Positions 47,698 to 61,125 are shown, counted from the first letter of the stretch. The stretch: DNA of 64,000 nt from Octopus sinensis (GCF_006345805.1 NC_043003.1:13516001-13580000), one strand, 5' to 3'. Notes: generated by a model not told the origin, from the letters alone. Numbers and translations are program-made.

Positions 47698-47860
47698 TGA
47701 CGGGCTTCTTACAGTTTCTGCCTACCAAATCCACTCACATGGCTTTAATTAGCCCAAGGCAATAGTAGAAGACACTTGCCCAAGGTACCATGCAGTGGGA
47801 CTGAACCTGGAACTATATGGTTGTGAAGCAAGCTTCTTACCACACAGCCACTCCTGCACC
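47457..47860 (-). mobile_element. Family D SINE, full length
   Basis: Head (rc of CTCCTGCACC) to tail present. Confidence 0.85.
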
Positions 47861-48255
47861 TGTCAACAATTGAAACACAATTAGGGTATTCAGCTTGTAA
47901 TCATAAGGTTGTGAGTTCAATACCTAGCAGCATGTTGAGTCCTTGAACATGACACTTTATTTCATGTTGTTCCAGTCCAATCAGCTGGCAACCACATCCT
48001 GTATCATGCTTATCTCCCTAAGAAGTATGTTAAAGGTATGTGTGTCTGTGGCAGAATCGTTAGCATGCTGGGCGAAATGCTTAGCGGTATTTCGTCTGCC
48101 GCTACGTTCTGAGTTCAAATTTCGCCGAGGTCGACTTTGCCTTTCATCCTTTAGGGGTCGATTAAATAAGTATCAGTCACGCACTGGGATCGATATGATC
48201 GACTTAATCCGCTTGTCTGTCTTTGTTTGTCCTCTCTGTGTTTAGCCCCTTGTGG

Positions 48256-48646
48256 GTGGAAGCGCAATGGCCCAGTGGTTAGGGCAGCGGACTCGCGGTC
48301 ATAGGATCGCGGTTTCGATTCCCAGACCGGACGTTGTGAGTGTTTATTGAGCGAAAACACCTAAAGCTCCACGAGGCTCTGGCAGGGGATGGTGGTGATC
48401 CCTGCTGTACTCTTTCGCCACAACTTTCTCTCACTCTTACTTCCTGTTTCTGTTGTACATGTATTTCAAAGGGCCGGCCTTGTCACTCTCTGTGTCACGC
48501 TGAATATCCCCCCGAGAACTACGTTAAGGGTGCACGTGTCTGTGGAGTGCTCAGCCACTTACACGTTAATTTCACGAGCAGGCTGTTCCGTTGATTCGGA
48601 TCAACCGGAACCCTCATCGTCGTAACCGACGGAGTGCTTCCATCCC
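48256..48646 (+). mobile_element. Family E SINE (tail type 2) inserted into the 3' end of a family A SINE (48040-48675), 14-bp TSD
   Basis: TSD AGCCCCTTGTGGGT at 48244-57 and 48647-60. Confidence 0.85.
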
Positions 48647-49618
48647 AGCCCCTTGTGGGTAGTAAAGAAATAGGTATGTGTGTCTGTGGAGTGCTCAGCC
48701 ACTTGCACAGTGATTTCACGAGCAGGTTGCTCTGTTGACCAAATCAACTGGAACCCTTTTTGTCGTAACCGACAAAGGCCAGTTTTTAAATTTTTTTTCT
48801 TTCTGTTAAATCTGCTTACATATCAACTGTGTCCATTTCTGTATCAATACAGCCAGTCGCAAACTTACAGAAGTTCCAGACAAGCCGATCTCAGCTAAAG
48901 ATACTGTTTGAACTGCATATGAGATCTTAAGCTTATACTTCAAAAGAAACGCAAAGTCATTTGCTTTCAAAGGCAACTAGGCAACATATTGGAGTTGAAT
49001 TCAAGACTGATCTCATTTGAAGAGCTTTCCTGACAGAATAAAGAGTATATCACATGGCCAGTAATTTTTACACTGCTGTGTAAAAATAATATTTGCTACA
49101 ATCTCAACTGTCCTGTAATCTCTTCAATCATGAGAGAGACAGACAGGCAGAGACAGAGAAGCCACTGTTAATAGTGTGTCCATGTTGTTTATCTAGTATA
49201 AGACGAATGGTTTGAACTCATCTATTTTCAACCTGTAGGAAGATTTAAATCCAAGACCGTGTGTGTGTATGTGTGCATGCCACTCAAACAGCATCATTCA
49301 TTTCCTATGATGCTTGAAAAAGGTAAGGGTTGGCAACAGGAAGGGCATCTAGCCACAGAAGATTTGCCTCGATAAACTTTTTTCAACCCATGCTAGCATG
49401 GAAAAGCAGATGCACAACTGAAATGAAATGATAAAACACACAAGAGAAAATAACTACCCCAACAATCTATGTCTGGATTGAGAGTCTGGTCACTGCTGAC
49501 AGTCAATTGTCCAGCAGTGATCACATGACAAGACATTGTCCACTGCTGTAGACAAAAACCCAATCAGAACAACAAAGTAATACAACACAACACACCTTTT
49601 ATACAACAGACCTTTATT

Positions 49619-49996
49619 CTCTAGAAAAACGCCGCCGCCGTGGTGATCTCATTCTCGCTCACAATATCATAAGCGGAAAGTGTAACCTCTCGAAAGAGCT
49701 GTTCTTCACTCCTGCTCCAGAGCGTCGGCTGCAGGGTCATTCCGAAAAGCTCTATCTGCGACGATTTCATCTCAATCGAAGGAGAGGGGCTTTCTCCGTC
49801 CAGGTTGCGGATCCGTGGAATAAGCTGCCAGACGAGATGGTGAAGATGCCGACGACCGCTTTGTTCAAAGTCTCCCTTGACCTCAAGTGGCCTGAACTCT
49901 TTACATGAACACCACCCTGTACATAACTCCATGTCCCCCTACATGGCCTTGCTTTTTGCTTTTTGAGCCAAAAATTAACTAACTAACTAACTAACT
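49619..49996 (+). mobile_element. 5'-truncated CR1-type LINE with intact ORF2 C-terminus, (TAAC)n tail and 11-bp TSD
   Basis: LEKRRRRGDLILAHNIISG...GHSEKLYLRRFHLNRRRGAFSVQVADPWNKLPDEMVKMPTTALFKVSLDLKWPELFT*. TSD AGACCTT[T/A]ATT at 49608-18 and 49997-50007. Confidence 0.9.
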
Positions 49997-50762
49997 AGAC
50001 CTTAATTGAATCAACTCCCTATTTTAGACAACCTTTTGAAAATACCTGAGCTAAGAACAGTGCTTAGCAATACTCCTTACTTAACCAGTTTTTGTTGCTA
50101 TGGCAATTCAATCACAGCAATTACATTATTATTATTATTATTATGAAGAGGGTTTTATTATACTAAACCAATCACTCATTTTAAGTAGCAGTCAAGCTTC
50201 AAGCATCCTGCAGCTTTTTTCTCATTGATCTGACAAGAACTAGTGTTTTCAGCTGTAATAATTTTAGGCATACTAAAAAGGATAAATAAATGAAAAATGT
50301 TGAAAACTCACTCTTGTGAGGCAAGATCAATAATGTCAACTTGTAACTAGATGTAGAGAAATGACAAGTGAAATAAAAACAAGCACTGTTTATATCTCAC
50401 ATAGATTTCGTTTCATTTCGCAGTGCCAAAAGAAAAGAAAATTACAAAAAATTAAAAATAAACAAATGAAATCGAAAAATCCAGAAGCGTTGATAATATT
50501 TTAATGTTGTAAGTGTATTGAGTAAGCACAGAGGCAATACTGAGCTCCATATATTTTGCACATCATTACAATGCTATTCCTTATAAGGAATACAATCATC
50601 AGCTTTGTTTTTTGGTAATAGTGACAATGATAATGATGTTCTTTTGCCTTTCATCCTTTTAGGGTTGATTCAATAAGTACCAGTTCTACACTGGGGTCAA
50701 AGTAATCGACTTAATTCTTTCCTCTAAATTTGAGGTGTTGTGCTTCCAGCAGAAAGAATTCT

Positions 50763-51075
50763 GAGACCCCCTTTGGTCACGACACTGACCATGGGATTGC
50801 CCCTAGAAAGTTACCCTCCCAGGCACAAGTCCGGGCAAGGTTGTTTATGGAAGACCAGCAGTCGCCCATGCATACCGACCTCCCCATCCACGCCACCAGT
50901 GTTATCCAAGGGAAAGACAACAGCCGATACAGCTTGGCACCTGTGATGTCGCAACTCATTTCTACAGCTGAGTGAAATGGAGCAATGTGAAATAAAGTGT
51001 CTTGCTCAAGAACACAACACAGCTTGGTCCAGGATTCGAACTCACAACCGTAAGCTCGACGCTCTAGCCATGCAC
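50763..51075 (-). mobile_element. Family G SINE
   Basis: Reverse-complement match to the 46258 copy. Confidence 0.8.
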
Positions 51076-51111
51076 CTTCACTAGTAGAAAGCATTATTAT
51101 TATTATTATTG

Positions 51112-51542
51112 AGGTGGTGAGCTAGCAGAGCCATTAGCACGCTGGATGAAAAGCTTCGTGGTATTTCACCCGTCGCTACATTCTGAGTCCAAATTCCACC
51201 AAGGTTGCTGAGGTTGATAAATTAAGTACCAATTGACCACAGTAATTGACTTATGCTCTTACTCAACTTATTGGCCTGGCGCCAAAATTTGAAATAATTT
51301 TTATTACAGGTTTTAACACTGACATATTGCCAAAATAAACTGGGTCTTTTATATTTCTTGTACCATATTCGTAAGGCAGTGAGCTGGCAGAATCGTTAGA
51401 ACGCTGGGCAAAATGCTTAGTGGTATTTCATCCGTCCTGACATTCTGAGTTCCAATACTGCTGAGGTCAACTTTGCCTTTCATCCTTTTGGGGTCGATAA
51501 GATAAGTACCAGTTGAGGCCCTGGGGGTCAATGTAACCGACT
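51112..51542 (+). mobile_element. Two family A SINEs
   Basis: Copies at about 51112-51295 and 51373-51542. Confidence 0.75.
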
Positions 51543-51821
51543 TTACTGATGGGTGTGAGTATAAAAACTGTACCCCTCTGCCAAGTCATGTCGAACCAGT
51601 GGGGCAGAGTAGGCTCATCAAACCAGTATAATCACAAGCTTAAATTCACAGCTTCCACATCAGACCGTGGTTGGTGGAGAGAACATGCTGAGGCCCTCGT
51701 CTTGCAGTGGATTGAATGTAGGCAATCCAAATCAAAAAATTCAATTACTATGTCTAACACAATTTGTTTTTCATGGATGAAGTCTGCCCAAAAAGTTTTA
51801 AAATTCTGCTATTGAGTCCAG

Positions 51822-52215
51822 GCATGGCTATAAGTACAAATGTGAGCTATACAGTCAAGAACTTGCAAAACAAAACTGTGGTCTGAAGTTCAGTTCCACT
51901 GCTTGGCACTTTGGGCAAGAGTCTTCTACTATAGTCCTGGATCAACTAATGCCATGAGTGAATTTGGTATGTGGAAACCCATTGTCCGTGTGTGTGTATG
52001 CGTGTCCCCGCCCCACTTTGACAGTTGGTGTTGGTTTACTTATGTTTCACACAACTTAGCAGTTTGGCAAAAGAGACTGATAAAGTACCAGGCTTCAAAA
52101 AAAAAAAAAAAACTAAGTACAGAGGTTGATTTGTACAACTAAAACCCTTCAAGGCGATGCCCCAGCATGGCCACAATCTAATGACTGAAACAAGTTGAGA
52201 AGATAAAAGATGAGA
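51822..52215 (+). mobile_element. Family D SINE (diverged)
   Basis: GGGCAAGAGTCTTCTACTATAG core and GACTGAAACAAG tail. Confidence 0.7.
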
Positions 52216-52902
52216 GAACATAATGAGAGTTTAATTAAAATAAAGCTTTATATTTTTATTTATATAATTTAATGGTAAATTAAACTGGTGCTTGAAACAC
52301 AACACAGAGTTTTCATAATAGTATTGTTTTGAACTGAAATATCTCGTTATCATTTACGCACTAACGAGATTTCAGTTAAGATTTTAAAATGGTACTGTAA
52401 TAAATAGTTTTGGAAAAACTGGTAGAATGAAATGAAATGGTTTTGGGTGAATTGTATTGAAAAGGTTAAAAAATTCCTTGAACATTTTCAGAACAATTAG
52501 CCAGAATTCTCTGAACCACAGCCTGGAATAATTACTTTTTCTTTCAATTTGTATAATATTATGAATACAATGAAGAGAAGAGAGAGAGGAGAAAGACTAA
52601 AGTTGTAAGGAAGAATGGTTAGATATGAAGAAAACTCACTGGGGAGGGAGGGAGAGAGAGGTTAGAAGGAAGCTGGGAGGCAAAATGATTGGTTAACTCA
52701 ATCTGAAGGAGAGAGTGTGTTTGTGAGTATGAGTGAGAGAGAGAGAGTGTGTATGTTATGTGTGTGTGTGAGTATGAGTGTGAGAGAGAGAGAGAGAGAG
52801 AGTGTATGTGTGTGAGATGGACAGACATACATACTCATTGAAAGAGGAACAAATGAGAGGAAAGAGAAAGAAAGATCAAGACATAGGAGAGAGAGGAGAG
52901 AG

Positions 52903-52939
<37 letters not shown>

Positions 52940-53269
52940 TTAGAGAATAATCGAAAACAAAAAACAAACAAAATCTAAAATATTGACAGGCAGAGTGTGG
53001 CGGGGGGGGGGGGGGAGCTAGCTACTGTCAGGTAAAATACCAACAGAACAGCTGATTAAATAATGAAGACCAGGACCATCATCTGAGATAGCAGCAGAGT
53101 TCAAGAAAGAAGCCACAACAGGAAATATTATGGCTTCTCTCTGTTGTTAGCTTGTTGTTGGTAAAAGTGAATGCTTCTATCCCCAAATTCTTTCGAGACT
53201 GTGTATACATGCTGCCATACTCATACAAACACGGTATCAGATGTAGTTGGTATAGATATAGCCTTTTAT

Positions 53270-53628
53270 CTTTTACTTGTTTCAGTCATTAGACTGTGGC
53301 CATTCTACGGCACCGCTTCAAAGCATTATTGTTGAATTAACCCCAGTACATTTTTTTTTTGAAGCTGTTAGGCTCTTTTGCTGAGCCACCAAGTTATGGG
53401 GGATGTAAACACACCAACACCGGTCGTCAAGCACTGATGGGGAACAAATACACACACAAAGACACATACGACAGGGTTCCATTAATTTTCGATCAGAGTC
53501 ACTCACAAGGTTTTGGTCAGCTCACAGCTATAGTAAAAGACACTCGTCCAAAGTGCCGCACAGTGGAACTGAACCAAGAACCATGAGGTTTGGAAGCAAA
53601 CTTCTTACCACAAAGCCACACATGCGCT
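53270..53628 (-). mobile_element. Family D SINE (diverged)
   Basis: Reverse-complement match. Confidence 0.7.
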
Positions 53629-54247
53629 TATAATGGTGAAGTGTGTTCCACAAACAAATTTTTATGGCTCCTTTATCTGTGCCCTTGTGAAAAAGTGTAA
53701 CTTCTTTGGATCTGACTATAACCTTTAGCATTTAAACCGGTCATATCCAGCCCAAATATTCCACCTGGTTTATGTTCAAACTGGCCAGATCTGACCTCCC
53801 ACACCTCCCCTACAATGTCACACACAAAAAATACAATCACCTCATTGGAATCTTGTAATTATGAGAGGATATAGGATTAATTCAAAACAATATGAATAGA
53901 GCATTACATTTGAAAGAACAATCTGAATGCTAAACGGTTAATTATTATATCAATGCTTCATTAAAATGCCTTAATTTGAAACGACCTCAGCGCATGCTTT
54001 GGTATAAATTTTATCACTATCACATGTAGAGTTAACCTCACCTTCAGTAAGATTTGAACTCAGAATGGAGACGAGTAAAGCTAAAATGCTACCCCAATAC
54101 TCAACCATTTGATTAAGTTCAATGCTAATTTCTGCAAGAAGGAAGGGATACAGTTCAGTAAATCAAGCTCAGTAACATCCTACTTACACTTATTCTTACA
54201 ACCTGGGAGGGTTGAATAATCATATTTAATTACAACAGTATTTGACT

Positions 54248-54432
54248 CTTCAGGTGTCTTGTGTTGGACTTAGTTGTTGTATTGAAATTCCGATACAACT
54301 ACCGAGTTCAACACAAGACACCTGAAGAAGGCTGGAGCATACAACAGCTGAAATGTAGTCAAAGCAACAATCAAGATGAGAACACCAGTTTGACTAATAT
54401 AAACAGTGTATATAATATAAATTCCTCATCTC
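54248..54432 (+). mobile_element. Family K-related 3' module: 23-bp hairpin + degenerate hammerhead
   Basis: IR 54248-70/54305-27. GACAC-CUGAAGA-A-GGCUG-loop-CAGCU-GAAAU-GUA. Downstream CAAGATGAG...TTCCTCATCTC is shared with the 41436 element. Confidence 0.6.
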
Positions 54433-54740
54433 CAAAGCCTTGTGAGTGGATTTGGTAGACGGAAACTGAAAGAAGCCCATCGTATATATGGATGTATACA
54501 TATACATATGTATGTGTATATTTATGTGTGTGTGTGTTTTTGTTCCCCCCCCCCGCCAACATCGCTTGACAACCGATGCTGGTGTGTTTACCTCCCCCGT
54601 AACTTAGCGGTTTGGCAAAAGTGACCTATAGAATAAGTACTAGGCTTACAAAGAAATAGTCCTGGGGTCAATTTGCTCGACTAAAGGCGGTGCTCCAGCA
54701 TAGCCGCAGTCAAATGACTGAAAGGAGTAAAGGAGAGTAA
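54433..54740 (+). mobile_element. Family D SINE lacking head
   Basis: CAAAGCCTTGTGAGTGGATTTGGTAGACGG...CAAATGACTGAAA. Confidence 0.8.
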
Positions 54741-55793
54741 GGAGTGTCTCACAAATGGCAACGGTTGTATACTGACAAGAAATACCAAGAAGGTGTGTGT
54801 TTTGCCCAATATGTTTCTCTGATATTCATACGCAATCTTGTAAAATATTTCAATGGTGATTATTTTATTGACACCTAGAAACCCAACAAAAAAAGCCTGA
54901 AGCTGAACTTTATGTGAAGCCAGCACTGCACTAGATACTATAAAAATGTTTGAGCTTGGCTTCCTACCAAAGTGGAAAGGAAAAAAAAAAAGATGGAGCC
55001 AAAGGAGGAGGCTTTTGCTTCATGCTTTGGAATATCTGACAAACGGTAAGAAACGAAGCCTCCTTTTATTTTCGCTTCCTACTGCGAATATTATCCAAGA
55101 TTCGGCTATTGGGATTAAATTGCTCCAAAACAAAAATTAAAATTTCAAGATAATTGAATTTGTATAAATGTTATCTTTTATAATACAGAAGATAATAATG
55201 ACAAAAGCTTTTGAAATAGAGAAAAAAAGCAAAAAAAAAAAAAAAAAAGCAAAAGGAGAGAGAGAGAGAAAGCGAGAGAGAGGCTTAATGAAACTACAAA
55301 GATATGAGTTCATTAAAAACAACTGTTTTGTTTTCCTTCTTTGCTTGCTTATTTTTACCAACACTGATGCTGTACAGAAAAATATGGGTTTATCTAAATC
55401 CTAGTGTTGATTGATAATTAAGAATTTATTGAGAAAGAGAATGCATTAGGAGATTAACAGAAAAGCAATTTGCAATTCCACCACCTTCACCAACCGACTA
55501 AAAACTAATTTTGATAAATGTCTCTCAATGATCACACTAAACAGTAAAAATCAGTTTACAAGTTAGTATTTACTCAACTATCACTTTACATACATACATA
55601 TATATACATATGTATATACATGTGGATGAGTATATATACATACATGTATGTGTGAGCATGAGTATGTACATGTACAAGCAAATATATACATGTGTGGATA
55701 AATGTGTGTAAGCAAATATATGTGTGCGTTTGTGTGTATACATGCGTGTAAATATACACACACATATATTATATATATGTGTGTGTGTGTGTC

Positions 55794-55835
<42 letters not shown>

Positions 55836-56426
55836 CATAGATATATTTGTTTCATGAGAACAAGTATTTTGAAATTGAAGACAAAAATTCTAGCAAAAGG
55901 AAAAAAAAAGTTCTTACGTCTGTATATTGTCAAGAATTTCACAGCAGAATAAGACTACTGTGTGATGTTGATGAAAAAACATCGCAAGAGAAACAAATCC
56001 ACCTGGGAATTAAACCTGATCCCTAAACTAAGGTTGCTCGGAGCTTACCAAACAACAATTTCATGATAATTTTCTTTTCTCCTTTGCATTTTGCTTACTT
56101 TATTTCGTGTTTTTTTTCTTTTCTTTTTGCGGCAAAGGGAGAAAAATTAATATAATCATCGGAATACCTATCTTATTGGCAGATATCTCATTGATCTCTC
56201 ATAGATGAAAGACAAAGTAAACCTCAGTGGACTTAGAAACAATGAATACAGAATTACAAAGTAAGATACTATATATAATGTCTACTCTAATATCTCTGCA
56301 TTGGCACAAAGCTTGCTTACTCATAGGTGGTGCTTGTAGTTGTACAAGTCTTCGTAGTTACAGGAAGGAGCTATGTGATAAAGCTAAATGGCTGTAAACA
56401 GGCCTCAGTAATGAGCAGCAGATGCA

Positions 56427-56822
56427 AGTGGAGACGCAATGGCCCAGTGGTTAGGGCAGAGGACTCGCAGTTGGAGGATCGTAGTTTCGATTCCCAGACC
56501 GGGCATTGTGTGTGTTTATTGAGCGAAAACACCTAAAGCTCCACGAGGCTCCGGCAGGGGGTGGTGGCGATCCCTGTTGTACTCTTTCGCTCCAACTTTC
56601 TCTCACTCTTTCTTCCTGTTTCTTGTCCCCGACTTCCTATGCAACCGTTGAGCCTGGATGCGCATTCATCCATCTGTCGATGCTCTCGGTGTCAGGGGTT
56701 GACCTTTCTCTTCTGCGGCTCTTACAAAGGACCACGTTTTGGACTTCTCCCACTACAGACAATCCTGAGGGGCGATCCTGCGAGCTCTGGGATGAAAGAC
56801 CGCTTTGCTCAACTAACAAACA
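56427..56822 (+). mobile_element. Family E SINE (tail type 3), 13-bp TSD
   Basis: TSD AGCAGCAGATGCA at 56414-26 and 56823-35. Confidence 0.85.
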
Positions 56823-57350
56823 AGCAGCAGATGCATTTTACCACAGTATTAACACTTTCCTTACCATATTTCTGCTCAAATATACAACTTTTGCTTCAAT
56901 TAATTTTTAAAATAATTAAGAATCTAGCACAATAATTTCGTCATTATTAAGCTGGTGCATGGAACTTAACTCTTTAGCGTTCAGAATTTTCACTCAAATG
57001 TAACACTTTTTCATTAACACTGCTTTTAATTAACCAAGCATTAATATCATAGCTTCGAAGTTTTGACGAACTGACACAATCAGATAATTTTAGAATGGCA
57101 TTGAGGGGTAGGTGCGATAGGCTGGATCTGGTTGGTTTAAATGCTAAATTAACACGAAATTTCAATGGAAAATTTGAATTTAGATCACTTTAAGACAGGA
57201 TGTTTGTTTGTGTCCTAGAACCAGGGTCAGTCTCAGGTGGGTTGGTCACAAGATGGAACCCCTTCAGTCACTTTGACCAATATACTGGACAATTTTTCAG
57301 CATAAATTACTAAAGAAATATAAATTTAATTAAGTTGGGTCACAGATACC

Positions 57351-57586
57351 TATTTCTTTATTACTCACAAGGAGCTAAACATAGAGGGGACAAACAAGGA
57401 CAGACAAACAGATTAAGTCGATTACAGCAACCCCAGCATGTAACTGGTACGTATTTAATCGATCCCAAAAGGATGAAATGCAAAGTCGACCTTGGCGGAA
57501 TTTGAACTCAGAACATAGCAGCAGACGAAATACTAAGCATTTCGCCCGGCATGCTAACGATTCTGCCAGCTCGACGCCCTAATTGA
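57351..57586 (-). mobile_element. Family A SINE, 12-bp TSD
   Basis: TSD GTCACAGATACC at 57339-50 and 57587-98. Confidence 0.9.
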
Positions 57587-59467
57587 GTCACAGATACCGA
57601 TTCATTGGACACCTCTAAAACGCATATATAACCAAGACCACGTGATTCTGACTCAGTGTTTGCTCATAAGTCATAGAAGATGGCTGTTTCTTCTTGTAAA
57701 ACTCACAGATGTAAATAAATTTACCTAGTGTGAGCAAAATTTTTATTTATCCATGCCAAAAATTAAGCATATTGAATATTGAAGCCTTTAAAAATCTACT
57801 CCCCAATGTGTTATTTACCTGTATATTGGTGTAAATAAAAAAAATTAAAATTTTAAAAAAGTTTTACATTTTTAGCTGTAACAACCGATAAGCAAAAAAT
57901 TGGTACCACTTCAACTCTTATGCATAGTCATGTGGTTTTGGGTTCAGTCCCACTGCAGGGCACTTTGGGCAAGCATCTTCTCTTATAGCCCCAAGTCGAC
58001 CAATGCCTTGTGAGTGAATTTGGTAGAAAGAAATTATGTGGAAGCCAATTGTGTGTGTGTGTCCGTGTCCCTACCCCAATGCTTGACAACTGGTGTTTGT
58101 TTGAGTACATCTCTGTAAGGTAGTGGTTTGCCAAAAGAAACCGATAGAGTATTTACCAAATTTATAAGGAGATAAAAGTACAGGGGGTGATTTACTGGAT
58201 TAAAAAAAAAAACCCTTCAAAGAAGATTCTTACCATGGCTACAGTCCAATGACTGAGGCAAGTAAAAGAGATTCCTTTATCTCTAATCAATCACATCTTA
58301 CAAGTGACATGCAACCACTAGTAAACACAGGAATGAGTATATTTTAATATAAAGAGAGAGAGATAATTGTAATGAGGTTTCAAGTCCATATGGAATATAT
58401 TTATACACAGTATAAGAGGAGGCATGGCTGGGTGGTTAAGAAACAGGCTTGGCATTTGTATGGTTTTGGGGTTCAATCCCAATGCACTGCAGTACTTAGG
58501 GCAAGAGACTCCTACTATAGCCTTGGGCAGACCAGTATCTTGTGAATTCATTTTGTAGTTCTCAATCATTTTTTAAATCTATGGATCCATTTGTTTACTA
58601 TTTTATTCTTATTTCTCCACTGCCCACAAGGGGATACACACAGAGGGGACAAACAAGGGCAGACAAATGGATTAAGTTGATTATATCGACCCCAGTGTGC
58701 AACTGGTACATATTTCATCGACCCTGAAAGGATGAAAGGCAAAGTCGACCTCGGTGGAATTTGAACTCAGAACGTAGTGGCAGATGAAACTATTACAAAG
58801 ATCCATGTAAATGAGAGCATAGCATATGTATGTAGTCACATGTGAGTGCAAGCAAATTATTAACAAGAATTTACAAGGCAACAACATATACCAACATACA
58901 CACACACACAGATATCTATATACAGATTTTAATTTGATAGCATGGTGAAATAGCCATGATTATCTTATAACTAACTGTCTAATGAAAGCACTTCTGCTAA
59001 ATTAAGCTTCACTTTAATACATTGCAAATTTAAAGGGAAGATGTGGGTAAAAAAAAAATCATTTGTTAATATGATCAAGTGCTCAGTCCCCCTACTTTCT
59101 CTGACATTTTTTTTGAAACATCAGTGTAGTAGTCTCTCCATATCCTGACAAAAAATAAATGGTAGCCTGAATTTTATACTCTAGGAGAAGACATAAATTT
59201 TTTGAAATTTCAGCACACACACGTACATATTAATGGGAAAAAAAAAAGACCAAAATAAAAAGAAAGAAAAAAGAAAGCCTGAAAAATTATAATAGGAAAA
59301 TAACTGTAAAGGTAATTGTAAGACACAGTAAACATTTGTGTTCTAAGCTCACAGTCATAGAAAGCTAATCACAGACAGGTGTGAGAATAGAATAGATGGC
59401 ACTCAAAAGAAGGATGGTCAGTGATTTCTCATAACAAGAAAAAAGAAGTGTTTACAGAAGCTTAAAC

Positions 59468-59760
59468 ACATCTCTCTACATACCTACCTATCCATCTACC
59501 TACCTACCTATCTGTCCATCTACCTATCTATCTATCTGCCTACCTACCTATCTATCTATCTGTCCATCTATCTATCTACCTATTTATCTATCTATCTACC
59601 TGTCCATCCATCCATCCATCCATCTATCTATCTATCTATCTATCTACCTGTCCATCTATCTATCTAGCCATCTATCTATCTATCTATCTGTCTGTCTATC
59701 TATCTATCTATCTGCCTACCTCTCTATTTTCTCTTACTTGCCTACCTGCCTGCCTACCTA
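59468..59760. repeat. Compound tetranucleotide microsatellite (TCTA/CCTA/TCCA/TCTG)
   Basis: Direct reading. Confidence 0.9.
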
Positions 59761-60390
59761 CCAACCTACAAAATCAATAGCATAAAAGTAGGGAAGCAAA
59801 AGATTAGTAAAAGGCGATAAAAAGAGAGAGAGAGAGATGAGGGAGGGGAAAATTGAGACAGAAAACACAGAGAGAAAACAAATTATATAAAACAGTTGTA
59901 CTGCGAAGAAAATAAATTGTTCGGTTCTGAATGAAAGTTGTGTGACAACACTGACTATTACAGTTAAAATATTTGTCACAGAACAGACCATTACAGTTAG
60001 ACACCAACAATACAAACTACTGCTGAAGTCCTATCCCTCTTTTAGTGATAAATCTTGGTGCCAAATTATTTCCCTTCGTAGGTGCGGGCATGGCTGTGTG
60101 GTTAGGGAGCTTGCTTCCTAGCTACATGGTTTCGGGTTCAGCCCCACCGCGTGGCACTTTGGGCAGGTGTCTTTTACTATAGCCTCGGGCCAACCGAAGC
60201 TTTGTGATTGAATTTGGTAGGCGGAAGTTACTGCTGTGTGTGTAGGTGCTTGTGCCTCTCAGAGAGAGAGAGAATTTTAGCTTTGCCCCCTTGTATAAGT
60301 TGCACTCCAATTTTTCGAAAAATAAATTTTTATGCCCCAGTTAAAATGAAGTATGAAATAATGCAATTTATATGCAGGTAAATAGAGTAC

Positions 60391-61125
60391 ATTACTAGCT
60401 GTAGGACCTATATTACCAAGTGTAGATATCCACAAGAATTATATTGCAAAGTGAAGCTAGACTGAAGAACTATTTTACCAAACGTAACCCAACACAGGAA
60501 TTATATCGTAAAGTGTACTTAAATGGGAACTGTACTACCAAGTGCAGCTAGGCACTAATGATATTGGTTTCAAATTTTGACACCAGGGCCAGCATTTTCA
60601 GGGGTGGCAGTAAGTTGATTACACAGACCCCAGTTTTCAACTGGTACTTATTTTATAGATCCTGAAAGGATGAAAGGCAAAGTCAACCTTGGTGGAATTT
60701 GAACTCAGAACATAAAGACGGATGATATGCCACCAAACATTTTGCCTGGTGTGCTAATGATTCTTATTTCTTTATTGCCTACAAGGGGCTAAACATAGAG
60801 GGGACAAACAAGGACAGACAAATGAATCAAGTTGATTAAATAGATCCCAGTGCGTAACTGGTACTGAATTTATCGACCCCGAAAGGATGAAAGGCAAAGT
60901 CGACCTCGGCGGAATTTGAACTCAGAACATAAAGACGGATGATATGCCACCAAATATTTTGCCTGGTGTGCTAATGATTCTGCCAGCTCACTGCCTTAGA
61001 CACACAAAAACTATATTGCCAAGTGTAACCAGACACAGGAACTATACCACCAAGTGTAGCTAGATGCAAAATTATGTCGCCAAGTGTAGCTAGACAAAAG
61101 AACTATAGGAACTACATAACCAAGA
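60391..61125. repeat. Degenerate ~31-bp minisatellite (CCAAGTGTAGCTAGACACAGGAACTATATTG-like) split by nested family A SINEs (60565-60998)
   Basis: Units start at about 60417, 60448, 60479, 60509, 60538, then 61019, 61050 and 61080. Confidence 0.7.

Noticed and set aside
48256-48330. tRNA genes at SINE heads (also 766, 41637, 43018, 46258, 56427)
   Set aside because: A/B boxes are present but no complete acceptor stem, and each continues into a SINE body.
53001-53016. Poly-G runs as G-quadruplex elements (also ~4871, ~15098)
   Set aside because: Isolated homopolymers, common in this genome; nothing in the sequence supports function.
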